The translations under genes and the position numbers were made by a program. Shown piece after piece: positions 1-12,600 of a DNA stretch of 64,000 nt (position 1 is the stretch's first letter; each line of letters opens with the position of its first letter). The DNA lies in NCBI RefSeq assembly GCF_000711695.1, contig NW_013547021.1, positions 1-64,000 of the forward strand. The letters are read 5' to 3'. The DNA comes from Tilletiaria anomala UBC 951 (lineage: Eukaryota). The notes under the pieces are model-generated. The model did no database searches. It was given only the letters and a program-made list of their open reading frames with translations, and had not been told where the DNA came from.

Positions 1-153
1 GTTGAATAGAATGGGCAGATGATGATCCTAGTCCTACTGAACACTCATGCCTTCACCATACCCCTGGTTCACACATTTTGGCAGTTTGATCGGTGTATCA
101 GGTCGCAGATGAAGAGCTGGAGCATGTTCATTCGAGAGGCTGCAAAAAGCAAA

Positions 154-1180
154 ACTGATAGAGGGAAAGTTGCGAATCGCCAGTTGTGGCGAGCTTGTTC
201 TCCGCATTTCCTAGCCCGCTACGTCTTTTCTACTTCGGTCTAACCTGGCCTCGTTGGGCAAAGCCACTCTGTCCTATTTGGGCTCCTCTGCTGCAGACGA
301 GAGTCATTTGCGCTTCCACACCGTTGCGCTATACATTGAGAGAGAGTGGGACGTCTTGCACGTGCATGCTTATGACTCAACTGTCGGGCTCAAGGCATTT
401 CAACATGCATCAGGGCCAGCCTCGGCGGCGTACATCAACGGGGTGCAGCTCTTGCGCATCGCCCAAGAGCAAGGATGCTAGGGCACCATATTTGGCCATG
501 GTCTCCTGTCCGAGTCACCGGTTTTGGCGAGTGCGATGGAAGACGCTCAGCAGGCAGGTAAGGCAGGAATGCCGATCTGGGTAGGTCCACCTTCGTCGCA
601 GCTGGAGCTGTTCGGCAACAAGCAAGCAGCTCGCAAGATAATATGGGCTGTCGCTTATTTCCGGTACAGAGGTAACACAGTCGAGCGCGGCACAAGTGCT
701 GGCATTAGTCAAAAGCTTGAAAACGGTTGAAAAGCGATTTTCAAAGCTGTGGCCAGCGGCGGTGGGCGTGCCGGTGTCCTTGAGAAAAATATAGAGGAAG
801 CATATGCATCCTGTGCGCGCGAGGCGCATTCCTCTTTTTCCAAACCCAGGATCTCTACCGAACGCTACCCCTGTGGTTCCAAGCACTTCGAGATGCAAGT
901 TCTCGGAGGTGTCACGGGAGGGGTTGTGCCTCTCCAGGATCGCGATTGATCCGTGCAAGGGAGAAACTGGGAGTTCATCGAGTTTGCTCCTATGCCTGCG
1001 CTCAATACAAAAACGATGGAGCGGGTACTTAGCCACGCGGCCAGGATGATTCAAAGAGGAAAACACAAGAATCTCGGCACGTGGGAACTCTTGGTCATGC
1101 CAAAGAGAGGGGAAGCGTTTCTGCTCGAAGTGAACCCGCGGATTCAGGTCGACCACTCTGTGAACATTCGCATTCGATTT
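154..1180 (+). pseudogene. Biotin carboxylase (BC) domain relic, 5' part of a single-chain BC-BCCP-CT acyl-CoA carboxylase
   Basis: Degenerate BC motifs in order across frames: TDRGKVANR (~ANRGEIAIR), GHGLLSES (~GYGFLSE), WVGPP..LFGNKQAAR, KAVASGGGRAG (~GGGGRG), KHFEMQVLG, RD*SVQ (~RDCSVQ), FLLEVNPRIQVDHS (~EVNPRIQVEH). In-frame stops at 479-481 (TAG) and 947-949 (TGA). Confidence 0.9.
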
Positions 1181-1459
1181 TACCAATTCAAAGAGAAATA
1201 GGCTGGCAAAGCTCTAAACACGGGTGAATAGGGGTTCCGTGCCTAACTTTCGACTTTCCTGCTTCCCTTCAGGAGGCGGTCTTCGTGACTTGGCTGTATT
1301 TTGCATGTATGCTTTCGCTCGAGCTGTTCTTTTGGCATCGTATCATGGATAAGAACACGCAATTGCAAGGCAGTGGCAAGAGTTAATCAGGCATGGAAGA
1401 CACAGCTCCTTGCAAGTGATACAGGATCATGACAGTACCCAGACAAGCGGACAAGGTCA

Positions 1460-2865
1460 CTACTCATCGCTGAGCTCGGAGTCCTCGTCTTTCGGCTCAG
1501 CCTTGGCCTTTCGCTTTCTCCCCTTGGCGGGCGACGGCTTGGCAGGCGACTTCTTTGGGCTGGCGGCCTTCGCCTTGGGTGCACCCCGCTGCTTCTTTTG
1601 TGGCATGACCTCCTCATCGGATGTGCTGCCATTGTCACCATCCTCGTCATCTGAGACTTCCCATTTCGATTTTCGACCACCTTTTACCTTGCCCCTTTTG
1701 TTCTTGGGACTTGGATCGGACCCATCGTTCGAAAACTCGGCTTCCTCCTCTTCATCACATTCGGACATGGCTGTATCTTCTTCCTCACTCTCCTCCTTCT
1801 TTGATTTCTTTCCACCCTTTGGATTCGGTTTGGACGTAGCAGCTTTCTTTGCTGGAGCCCTCTTCGTACTGCCCTTTTTCGCTGGATTGCTTGAACTCGG
1901 CTCTGCAGCATCCTCGGCGCCAACTTCATCCTTCTTTGCTTTCTTCGGCGCTCGCTTCTTCATCCCCGAATTTTTCTTCGTCTTTCCGCCTCCGTCTTCC
2001 CCATCCGCTTTCTCTTCTTCGGGCGACTTGCGCGCGCTCTCAGGCACATCATCTGGGTCCACGTGACCTTCTCGCCACGCCTTGCGGATCTTCTCCTGAT
2101 CTTCTTCCCTCATGTCCTCGAATCCATCCTGTGATCACGAGATGAAGAGAATCAGTTGCTGGACGCGGCTGCGGGGGAGAATGCTAATTGGCAACGCACG
2201 AGTTCTTCGGGCTCTTCCAGATTTTTCTTCATGTTCTCGAATTGCCTTTCGGTCACGCATCCCCCTGCGCGTGGACGAGCAAAAGCAAAGGGGTCAGTTT
2301 GTGATGCAAAACAGTGGAATTTCGAGGAAATGGGGGAATAGTCAAGTAGGCCAAAGACTCACAATGACGCCAAGCAAAGGTGCTGTTGCCTTGGAACTCA
2401 ACCACAGTTCCAACGCGTAACTGGCCTGAGATGCAAGCCGTGCAGCAGATCGTGTGTTAGCTTGCGGAGGGAATGGGGATAGAACCGTGACAGGATGGAA
2501 GGCGGGCGCACCTTTTTCGATCTTGGTCCCACCACAAGGCTTGGGCCCCTGTACAGAAGGAACAGCAAAGGAAGTCGCGAAGCGCTCAGTTCCCTTGGCC
2601 TTGCTTGGTTTGCTTCGCATACCCAAACGCAACGCAACGCAGAAGACCGCTAGCTTCATGGGACACCCTCAAGCGAGTAGCCAGTACAGGCCCGCGGCTT
2701 CTGTGCTAAATTTTCGTTCTTTTTCGACTGACCTTGCAGCCGGCCCTGGAGAGCGGATGAAAAGCAACAGATGCATCAGCTTGGCGATGGCAAGCAGCGA
2801 ATGGAGGGCGGGGAGAGTCATTGCGCTCACCTGTTTGACGGGCTATACTCGAGTCGGTACGCCAT
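1460..2865 (-). CDS. PARP-type zinc finger protein (Hpz1-like) with Lys/Glu-rich low-complexity tail; 6 exons
   Basis: Spliced exons 2865-2831, 2745-2733, 2548-2512, 2425-2363, 2264-2200, 2128-1460, all GT..AG and in phase. They read MAYRLEYSPSNRAGCKGPKPCGGTKIEKGQLRVGTVVEFQGNSTFAWRHWGCVT...DGFEDMREEDQEKIRKAWREGHV, a C-x-C...H-x2-C zf-PARP pattern. Confidence 0.9.
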
Positions 2866-3239
2866 TTCGCTCGCGATTTTCCGACTCTCGAAGGCAGCTC
2901 TGCTATTACACTGCAGGATTTTTCTTCGCGCGAAGCTAGCGGTCAGAGCAATCCGTTTGATGAAAGCAAGTTGGAGTAGCAGCTTCAACAGGAAGCTGGA
3001 AGCCAAGACGGAGCGATCGGGTTGGCTGGTTGGGTGTCGCACGAGACGGCTCTATCATCGCATCTGAGAGAGACTTGACATGACAGTGACGCGACTTTAC
3101 GCGTTCTCGGAAAATAGGGTTATTAACCAACACTCACATCTCTCTCTCCCTCGCTTCTTACGGACTTCTCAGTACTCTCACGTTGACTGGCCATCACGAC
3201 GATTGACGTGATACGCTGACGCACATCATTCATCCGGGA

Positions 3240-4180
3240 TGGTCCCCTCTGCAACCGCAAAACGTTGGCACCGTCGCAATACGTTTGCGAAATGGTGAGG
3301 TCGAGTTGCTTGTGCTCATGGAAGTCGAACCCACGGAAGCGGCCAAGCGGATCTTGTCCGACTTTCAGTCCCTCCCGTTCCACGTCCAAGATGAAGCAAT
3401 TACGCGCGCCAAGTGTACAAACCAGCGCCTGCTGTGGTACTTGATTCCACACGACCGCAAGCGTGCCTAAAACGTCAGAGGCACCCTCAAAATACTAGCG
3501 GACGATAACAGATTGCTCGAGCTCGGAGCGTCCTGAGGCCAGAGTCTCGCTACAGTCTTGATCCGTGCGGATGGGCAAGCACTCGGCGTTTTCGCTTATT
3601 CTGACGTCTCCCCCCTCAGCGACGTGATCGATGTGCCGTCCGCGCTGAAATCGACGCGCTTCTCGCAGCTCCTGACTGACACGGAGGCGCTACACCTGCT
3701 TGTGCTGTGCGACACGCCCGGGTTCATGGCCTGGCTCGAAGCGGAGAAACAAGTTGACCTACGTGTCTTTGCTGAGTGTTTTGCCTCGCTTCGCTTGCTC
3801 GAGGCGAGAGGTGGTAGAATGCTCGGCGTCATGCTGCGTAAGCGTACGGTCTCGGTGCACAGGCGCTGCTCGCCGGTATGGCCCTCTCCAACTTCTTCGG
3901 CGTTGCTTGGGCTCGGGTCGAAATCGCCGGGATGAGGATTGAAGGTGTTTTCATCCTGGCCGATTTGATTTTTGACAGCTTGCAGCCACTAATACGTCTG
4001 CTTTCGTAGGCGCTGTCCGTCCCGGTTTGCGCAAGGAACTCGAAGCGATCAAAGATGAAAGAGAGCGCGAGCCGCTCTTCAAAGCACTTGTGGACGAGAT
4101 TTATGAGTGCGGCAAGGCGGACAGCGCCACGAGGGTGCTCGAGATTGGCACAATCATTGATCCGGTAGATATGCGAGAGT
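3240..4180 (+). pseudogene. Carboxyltransferase (CT) domain relic, 3' part of the same single-chain carboxylase
   Basis: NGEVELLV..EAAKRILSDFQ..NQRLL..IPHDRKRA*NVR..LADD..LLEL, then LCDTPGFM..EAEK, a frameshift to AYGLGAQA, and finally RKELEAI..ERE.LFKALVDE.YE.GKA..LEIGTIIDP.DMR. Stops at 3468-3470 and 3534-3536. Confidence 0.88.
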
Positions 4181-4351
4181 AAGTCAAAAATAGGTCTCGC
4201 CAGTGACCAGGTCTGGACTCGGGTCTGGCTTGAAAAGCCTCCAACAGTGGCAGCGCAAAGTTGTGAAAAGAGCCCTGATGGCTGTACGTAATTAATGGTG
4301 TCTAGAACACATAGGTATATTGGTCTTCATGTTGTGAGCGAGTGCCAAAAG

Positions 4352-5659
4352 TCAACGCTCTTTGGGAAGCAACAGCCATGCTGCCAAGGCAGTCAAAAAG
4401 CCTGTCGCCTTTTCAAAGGTGGTGTGGAAGTACACCTGCGTTGTGAGCAGCATGAAGCTCCACAAGCCAATAAGAGCGAGGACGGAGAGCGCAGCAGCGA
4501 GGCTGAGCGCCTGCATGGGCGTCGGCTTTTTCGCACCTTTCGAATGCCCAGTGCTAACGGCGGCTGGCGCAGGTCCTCTGAACGGATTGGTCGGCCACCA
4601 GACACTCTTGGGGTAGAAGTCTGCCAAGGCGGGTACGAGATACGGGACGAATGGCGATAGCTCTTCGAGCAGGTATAAGATCGAGAGGGTCAAGATGAAG
4701 GTGTGGCCCGAGACGTCGTGTCCTCCTTTCCCTGTGCAGGCACACGCGTCAAAAGGCGAGCGATGTGAATAGCTGAGGTTGAAGGCCTGGAGACATTGAA
4801 GACTCACACTGCACTTTGACACCGCCGTGCGAGGCCACTCTCGATGCAAAGGCATCACCAGCAGGGAAGAGGTGTGGATGGGACGAGCGAGTGAGGCTCT
4901 TGCGCCTGTAGCAGTACACCGTGTCCACTTTTGCAGGCAGCGAAAATAGAGAGGTCGTCGGAGCTGTGTTGACGGGCACGCATTCACCACCGGTAGCGAT
5001 GAGCACGCGCAGCATGAGCGGCGGGCCAAAGAACCATCCGGCGAAGAGCACTACACACAAGATTGGGAGTTGAAATCGTCAGAGCAGCCTGGAATCTGAT
5101 GGGAATTGCTCTCAGCTAGGGGTGTTTGTGACTGACCCCAACACAGCGTCGCAGTCGCAAATCTGAACAAAGAGATGGACAAGGGCGATCCAATAGTGGA
5201 CTTCCTTGTAGCTGCCGTCTTTTGGGCGGCCGCGACTGCAGGCCCGGTGGGGACCACTGCAACATCATCGTCTTTCTTTCTCTGCGCAGCCTCCCTCCCC
5301 GATCCGGAGATGGCGGACTTTAAGAAGAGAGCTTGAATTATGAATGCAAGGATATTCCACCCCCAAGCACGCTTGACGAAGAGCTGGTTGAGAACGTTGC
5401 GCTTGTCCGCAAAGTAGCTTGTGGGGGGTAGGAAAGCGGTGTGCGTAGTGGGACTAGAGGAAGTTGCTGCGTTGAGAACGTGCAACCGATCGAATCCTTC
5501 GGCGACATTGTAGAGATGCGAGCCCGTTGCAATTGCGTACAAACTGCCGCCAACAACGATGGAGCCTACAATGCAGAGGTAGAGGAGATGGAAAGGTTGC
5601 AACCCCAAGGGTAGGCCAGCACGAGCGGCAGGACGGGCGCCTGGTTGTGCAGCCATCAT
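4352..5659 (-). CDS. SCS3: FIT-family (Scs3/FIT2) ER membrane protein, acyl-CoA diphosphatase / lipid droplet biogenesis; 3 exons
   Basis: YFADKRNVLNQLFVKRAWGW, WFFGPPL, WKGGHDVSGHTFIL and WSFMLLTTQVYFHTTFEK motifs; exons join in phase across two GT..AG introns. Confidence 0.9.
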
Positions 5660-6292
5660 GGACCGTGCTTTCGAGCCTGGCGAAGATGCAGAGCAGCTCT
5701 TTTCCAGGCCTGAAGGACGTCAGATCCGCGCTTCGTAGCCGGCGCAAGGCGCTAAAGATTGGTAGACAAGCGTCACGGCTGCCTTGTCTCTTATTTGCTG
5801 GCAACGAAGAAAGCGGTGTGCTTCCATAAGAGTTCAAACTGCGTCATGAAGCGTGAGGCATGGAGCGTCGTGCTCAATGTCGGTCGGTTCCGCCCCGCGA
5901 ATGCTTTGCATGTAGAATAACTATGTATGCCTTGCTTCTATACGACCAGAAGAACAAGATGACTCCACAAAGGAAGACTTGCCTTGCGATGAACATACAG
6001 GAAAATAATACAGCATGCCCTGCCGGTGGGGGGAAGAGGCAGGCAGATAGATGATGTGCAAGAAGGAACGACAAAAGGGTTGAGACTCTAATAAGCGCAG
6101 GGCTGGTCGTGGATGTGTCGTGTGAGGCTGATGTGGCCGATGTTGGATACTGGTGATGGTGATCATGCTCGAAGACGCGTCCCGAGACAGAGAAAGAACT
6201 CAATGTATGGAAACAAAGCTGGTCCAGGTAGCATACTATAAAAGCCAGCAATGGCCAAGTAGTGTCCATCGGATAGGATCGGCTCTATCGCT

Positions 6293-8345
6293 CTAGCTCT
6301 CGCTCTGACCCTGACCTTCAGGCCGGGGCATGCTCCCCTGCCGTGCAACCCAGCCGCCATACTGCGGCGGCAGCTCCTCGACCTGCTCCGCCTCAGGCGG
6401 CTGGAGCGCAGGTGCAGGCACAGGCCCGGCGTCGCGGTGCTGTACGAGCCTGCTGCTCCCCGCGACGGGTAGCCCGTCCTGGTCCGACTCGTCGCCAGGC
6501 AGCGGCAGCTTCTGCGGCAACGCAGGCGCCTCGGTCCCGCTCGCGCCCCACGTTCCTGCCACTGCCTCAGCAGCAGCAATCATGTCCGTACCCGTATCCG
6601 CATTGATGGCGCGCAGCGGCCCGCGCAGCGCGGCAGAGCTCTGGCTATTCGTCCGCGAATGCAACGCTGCTGCGCCGCCCTGAAACGGCGAGCGTGGCGG
6701 CAAGGGCGGCGAGGCAGAGCGGCCAGCAAGCGAGGCTGACGCGGCGGACGTGCCAGCCGCAGCTCCTACTCCTGCACCCATCGCCGCGCCAGCAAAGGCG
6801 GCGAACTGCGTGCTGTGCGTGTGCTGCGACGTGGGCCGCAGCAGTGTGGCTGCCGTGCCGTCGGGACTGCCCGGTGCCGATGCCTCAGCCGTATTGGTAT
6901 TTGACTGCGAGTGTTGCGGGTCGTAAGGGAAAGGCGAGACGCCACTGTGCAGAAAGGAATACGAAAATGCAAAGAGAAATCATCAGCACAGCGTTCGCGG
7001 CGCCTCCAAAGAACGACTTACTATGACTGTCTGACACCAGCACTCTGCCTCCTTGTGGCACGAAGCAGGCCGCCTCCGCCGGGCGCCTCAACCATATCTT
7101 CGTCGCCGTCGAGGTCGACAAAGTGATCCTCCTCCTTGCGTGCAGCATCGCGCAGCTTGCGCTGCCGCCGCTTCCACAGAAAGTACGCTACGCCGAGCGC
7201 ACAGACGATGCCGAGCGCGATGATGGCGCCGACGATACCACCGACAATAGCCCCTGTGTTGCTGCCGCCACCGCCGCTGCTGCTGCCACCTGTTGAGCCT
7301 GATGCAGTCTCGTTCCCGCTCGTTCCCATGCCCGTGCCTGTCGAGTCTGCGACCGCGCCGGATAGGTTCTGAAAGCTGGCGGTGATGCCGTTGAGCGGGA
7401 GAGCGTTGCCCGCGACGCGGTTCGGCAGCTGGTAACTGTTCGCCAGACAGTCCTGGTCCGAGGAGGCGCCGACCCTGTACAGCTGCGACGTCCCGCCCGT
7501 CGCGCCACCCGTGCCGTCGCCGAGGACGATGAAAAAGTCTGTGCCTTGAGCGTAGGGCAGGATGGTGGTGTAGTTGAAGAACGTCTGATTTTGCGTCGCG
7601 GAGGCGGGCACGTTTACAGTTTGTGGGACACCTTGTAAGGGGAGGTACTGCCGGAGAAATCGTGATTAAGTGTCAGCGCGTCTTGGCTTTCCAATGGCGC
7701 ATGGATGAACCGTACTGATCCACTCACAGTCAGAGTGAAAGGCCTCGTTCCCCTGCTGTCAAGCGTGTAAAACTTGATGTTGCCACACTGGACCATGTTG
7801 TTGGTCGAGCCGACGAGGCTATCGGACGCCCACAGGAAGGAATTGCTCGCCGTGTACGGGTCACATGACGCCGTGCTGCCGGCAGGGACGTACGGCGCAA
7901 GGGGTCTGCTGGTGTTGCCGTTACCTTGGGCGTCCGCGACGGTCACGGTGAACGTCGAGAATGTGGATGACTTTGGCGGGATGGTGTACTGGAAGGTGAT
8001 GTCACCGTTGGCATCGCGCTGGTAGTCTTTGTTGATGCGATAGGACTGGGTTGCGCTGAACAGCGACGAGACCCAGACGACGTACGGAAAGCCCGAGCTG
8101 GTCGGTGTGAACGTGACATTTAGTGGGGCGCAGACTGCAGGCGAAGAGAGGTTGAAGGTCAAGGCAGCGGCGGCGCCTGGTGAGAGGGTAGCGGCGCTTG
8201 CGGCCAGAGATGCAAGCAGTGACAGTGGGCCACCATGTTTCCCTATTCTTCGTCTGACTGAAGCGGGGATCATGCTGATGACAGCGAAATACACGACGAG
8301 ACAGCGAGAGGCTAAAAGGACCAAAAGAACACTGGAACTCAGCAT
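6293..8345 (-). CDS. Type I single-pass membrane protein: Ser/Thr-rich Cys-containing ectodomain, cytosolic tail with PY-like motif; 3 exons
   Basis: Signal-like N-terminus (ATG at 8345 or 8273); TM segment GAIVGGIVGAIIALGIVCALGVAYFLW followed by KRRQRK; tail with VQHRDAG...EELPPQY; introns at ~7726-7649 and ~7021-6946 restore frame. Confidence 0.75.
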
Positions 8346-9662
8346 CGGGAGATCTGAACAGTGGGAAAAAGATCAAATAGCGGCCTGGCCTCGAAGGAAT
8401 GGCCGTATAGCATTATTCAGGAAGAAGCCAACGCCCACGAGGTTCAGCAGTTGTGCGGCAACGACAAGCGCTCACCTTGGATAATTGCCAGCGCTGCCTG
8501 GTGCAAAAGAGCGAGACTTGCACCCCTCCAATTTCCGAGACACAGAAATTATCTCGCTCGTCCGTCGTTCTTCTACTTGTCAGGTAGATTGATGGATAGG
8601 TCACGCCACGCCGTGCTGGCAAGAGGTGTCTGGTATCTATCCTTAATGTGACTAGGTGTATCGTCGCAGAAGCCCACGGCGCGTGGGGAGAGAGGCGTCG
8701 GGGTGTGCCGGGAGGATGAGCAACGGCTCCAGCCCGGCTCTCTTCGTCTACTTCCTGCGTGTCGATGCCGACGAGGAGAAGGAATGCTGATGCCGTTGCT
8801 GATGGGTCCCACGCGCAGATGACAGATCTGCGGGCTGGGTGGGTGGGCGACAATGGGCGGCGGCGGGGGATGTTGGTGGTTATGACCCCATACGATCCGA
8901 TGGTATGCCAGACAGATAGGATAAGAGGGAGCGTTTAGTGGCATCGGATAAATTTCAGGTTGGGGGAAAACGGCACGCGAGTCCCCGGAAAACCCTCACA
9001 CGCGTACTGCGCCACTGCTGCGACCCGCTCTCTCGATGTACCGGCTGCCCACCTAGCTGCTGCAAACGCCGTACTGAGAGTGTCATTTCGGGGGAAACGA
9101 GCTGCCCACCCCGCTGATACGGCGGTTCTACAGGCAATGGTTGCGAAACTGCCCGGTTTTGGCCCTTGCGCGTCTCACTTTCCTTGGCTTGGCGAAGGAC
9201 AGAGGTAGTAGTGTGGATAGGGTAGTGACAAGTGGGGTTATGTCGCCGGTACTCCGCCATCATGGGCCATCACCACCACCCATAAGGCACAGAAAAGCAT
9301 TCGTGGCTGACGAGTGGTGACACTGTTTTGAATGGAGCGAAACAAGCTCTTGGGATCCCTTCTCTGTGGTCGTGGTCATACGGGACGGCACCTTGCCATT
9401 GTTGGCGCAAGCGAAGATGCGTCTATCATGACTGCAGCCCAGCGATCGGTCGCCGGAGAGAAGCGATTGGCAATTGCACGAGGCCATTGGAGATGAGCGA
9501 ATATATTCGGGTGGATCTCAAGGCGCAGCACAAGAAATGATGGAGAGCGTGCAGTGGCACTACAAGGAGAGCAGGCCCTGCTGGAGCCGATCACAAGAGC
9601 CGCATTACATAGCATACATTCGCGGAGATGCCTTCCTTCCCGCAGAACAGACCACGTTCTTC

Positions 9663-12600
9663 TTATAACCCAGCCCGTCTCCCGCGCGGCCGTGGCGTCG
9701 CACCAGGCTGCGCGATCTTCGGTGTGGACAGTACGGCCGCGTCGAGCGTCCTCCAGTCGTGCGCCGCTGTCTGACTCCGCATGCTCGCCTCATGGTCCCT
9801 GGCGAACTGAATCTCCAAATCGGCCTTCTTGCTGAACTCGGCGTCGTGCGCGTGGCGAGCGTGCGAGCCGATCGCGCCGCGCTGCTTGACCGAGTAGAAT
9901 ACGGAGCCCAGGTCGGCCAGCCAGAACGGGTCGACGGCGGTGACAGTGCCCATGTACTCCTTGGATGTCAGCGTCAGCTCGTGGTACACAACATAGTCCG
10001 GTGTATAGCCCAGGCCGTACAGCGCGCTCGTCGGGTGCAGGTGCATCGGGATACCCGTGCGGCAGTGCACATATTCGCCGATGCCCTTGACGCGCGCGGC
10101 CTGGTGGAAGTAGCCCGACGTGATGCACTTGCGCACCACATCCCAGTCCGTCCCGCAGCTGACCACCTCCAGCTTCTGCATCTTCATGATGTCCTCCAGC
10201 TGCGCCCGTACTTCCCTGGCTTTGCGCAGCAGCTTCGCGTGCAGAAAGTGCTTGGCGCACCACGAGTCCTTGTAGCCGTTCGAGCGCCATAGCGTGTAGA
10301 CGTGCAGCAGCGTCAGATGGTCGCTCTCCGCTACAAAGAACTTCTCCCGCGCCGAGTCGCTCTCCTCCTGCCGCTCTTTCGGTCGGTAGAAGACAGAGGG
10401 CACGCTGAGCATGCTCACGATCGTGAGCACCTCGGCCGAGCATCCGTACTGCTGCGCGCTCATGATCAGGATCTTGGATAGCGACGGCTCCATCGGGAAC
10501 TCGGACATCTTCTTCCCCAGCGGTGTCAGGTTGCCGACATTGTCCAACGCGCCAAGCACCCAGAGTTGGTACATTGAAGTTAAGATGTTCTCCTGCGGCG
10601 GCGGGTCCATAAAATCGAATTCTAGCAGATTCTTAACGCCGAGCGACTTGAGCAGCAATACTGTGTTGGCCAGGTTCGTGCGCTGGATCTCGGGGATGTT
10701 GTTGGGAAACAGTTCGTTGCGGAACGCCATCTCGGTGTAGAGACGATACGCTGTGCCTGCACCAGTACGGCCGGCACGACCGGAACGCTGATTGGCGTTG
10801 GCCTGCGAGATGGGCGTAATCTGCAACGAGTCCATGCCGACGCGCGGATTGTACACCTTGAGCTTGCTGTACCCGGCGTCGACGACAAACATGATCCCGT
10901 CAACAGTGAGAGATGTCTCAGCGATATTCGTTGCGACAATGACTTTGCGCTCGCCGTTTGGTGAGGGCTCAAAAATCTTTGCTTGCAGATCGGCAGGCAT
11001 CTGGGAGTAAATGGGTAGTGCAAGCAGCGGGGGCGCGTCGTCCAACTGTTCCAAGCGCTCATTGACAACTCGACATGTGATCTCAATGTCCTCTTGGCCT
11101 GTCATGAACACAAGCACGTCCCCACTTCCACCTGATAGGTGGATCGACAAGACTTGCTTCACCGCGCTCTCCACATAGTCTTCGCAAGGCGCTCGGCTGA
11201 ACATGACGTCGACAGGGAACGTCCGGCCTGGGATGGTAAAGCTGGGAGCGCCTCCAAAAAAGTTGGAGAACTGGCGCAACAGAGTGAGATCGCTTTGATC
11301 AGTATCAATATCGAGTTCTTTCTCCTTTCTGCAAACTCACCTTTTCGGCATTCATGGTGGCGGACGTTACAATGAGCTTGAGGTCCCGACGGCGCGTGAG
11401 AACTGCAGGTAAAAACGTACTCAGTTAGCTACCATGCCAAGCGCATACTCCTCAAAGCAAACCTCACTTTTCTTGAGCAGACCCATGAGAATGTCCGTGC
11501 TCAAGCTCCTCTCGTGCGCTTCGTCCAAGATAATGCAAGTGTACCGATCGAGATCGCCCTCATTGAGGCTCTCACGCAGAAGCACACCATCGGTCATGTA
11601 CTTAATGCGCGTCTGCGGACTAGTGCAGTCCTCAAACCGAATGCTGTATCCGACCGTCCCACCGAGCTCGCACTCCATCTCTTCGCTCACCCGCTTTGCG
11701 ACGCTCATCGCGGCCACGCGCCGTGGCTGGGTACACGCGATCATGCTACCCGAGCCCGAAGCGTAGCCCTCCTCGTAGAGGAATTGAGCAACTTGAGTCG
11801 TTTTCCCCGAGCCCGTCTCACCGATGACGACGACGACTTGGTTTTCTCGGATGATCTTCATGAGATCCTCGCGGCAGGCAAAAGCTGGGAGGTACTGCCG
11901 CTGTTCTTTGAGTGTCTTCCCACGGCTAAAGGCCGATGCGCCCTCGCTCTTCTTGAGATGGCTCGCGAACTGCGAGTCGCTTCTTGGATTATCCGCCTCC
12001 GCCCTGTCTTTCTTAGCTTGCACGGAAGCATTGCTGCCCGTACCAATGCCTGGTGCGCCCGCTTTGCCCTGCTGCTCGTCCTCGTCTTCCTTGATGCCCA
12101 TGATGTTTCCGAGCGCAGTCCCACCGAGAGCCGCTGCTCTAGCCGTCGCCTTCTCCCTCTCGCTCTGCTCTCGCTTCTCCTTGACGAGGCGACTGCCTTT
12201 CTTGGAGAACATGGCCATGTCGCTCGTCGGGTCCTTGATCGGGTTGACCGGTTCAATTTGCTTCGTGAAGACCGTCTTGCCGTCCAAGAAGGGTGGTCTC
12301 AGGTCGTGCACGAGCAGATGCACACGCGCCTCCTCCTCCGCATCAGCCGCTACGCCATCCAAGTCGACAAACCGCCGCGGCCCGACGCCACCAGTCTGCA
12401 TCCGGTTCACCTCCCAGTCGTCGCGATCGGCGTTGTACTGCGCCTGCTTGGCCGTCACTCGCGCAGTCTGCTGCCTGCTCGCCAAGGAACCGCCAGCGAG
12501 AAGCTGCCCATGCATGTCCTCGAACTGCGAGAACGGGTTGTGGTCCTCGTCACCCGCCAGCCCCTCTCGCTCTTCCATCGAATACCACTCGCGGTCCATC

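Noticed and set aside
1410..2066. 218-aa Phe/Ser-rich ORF resembling a membrane protein
   Set aside because: Reverse complement of the Lys/Glu-rich zf-PARP tail.
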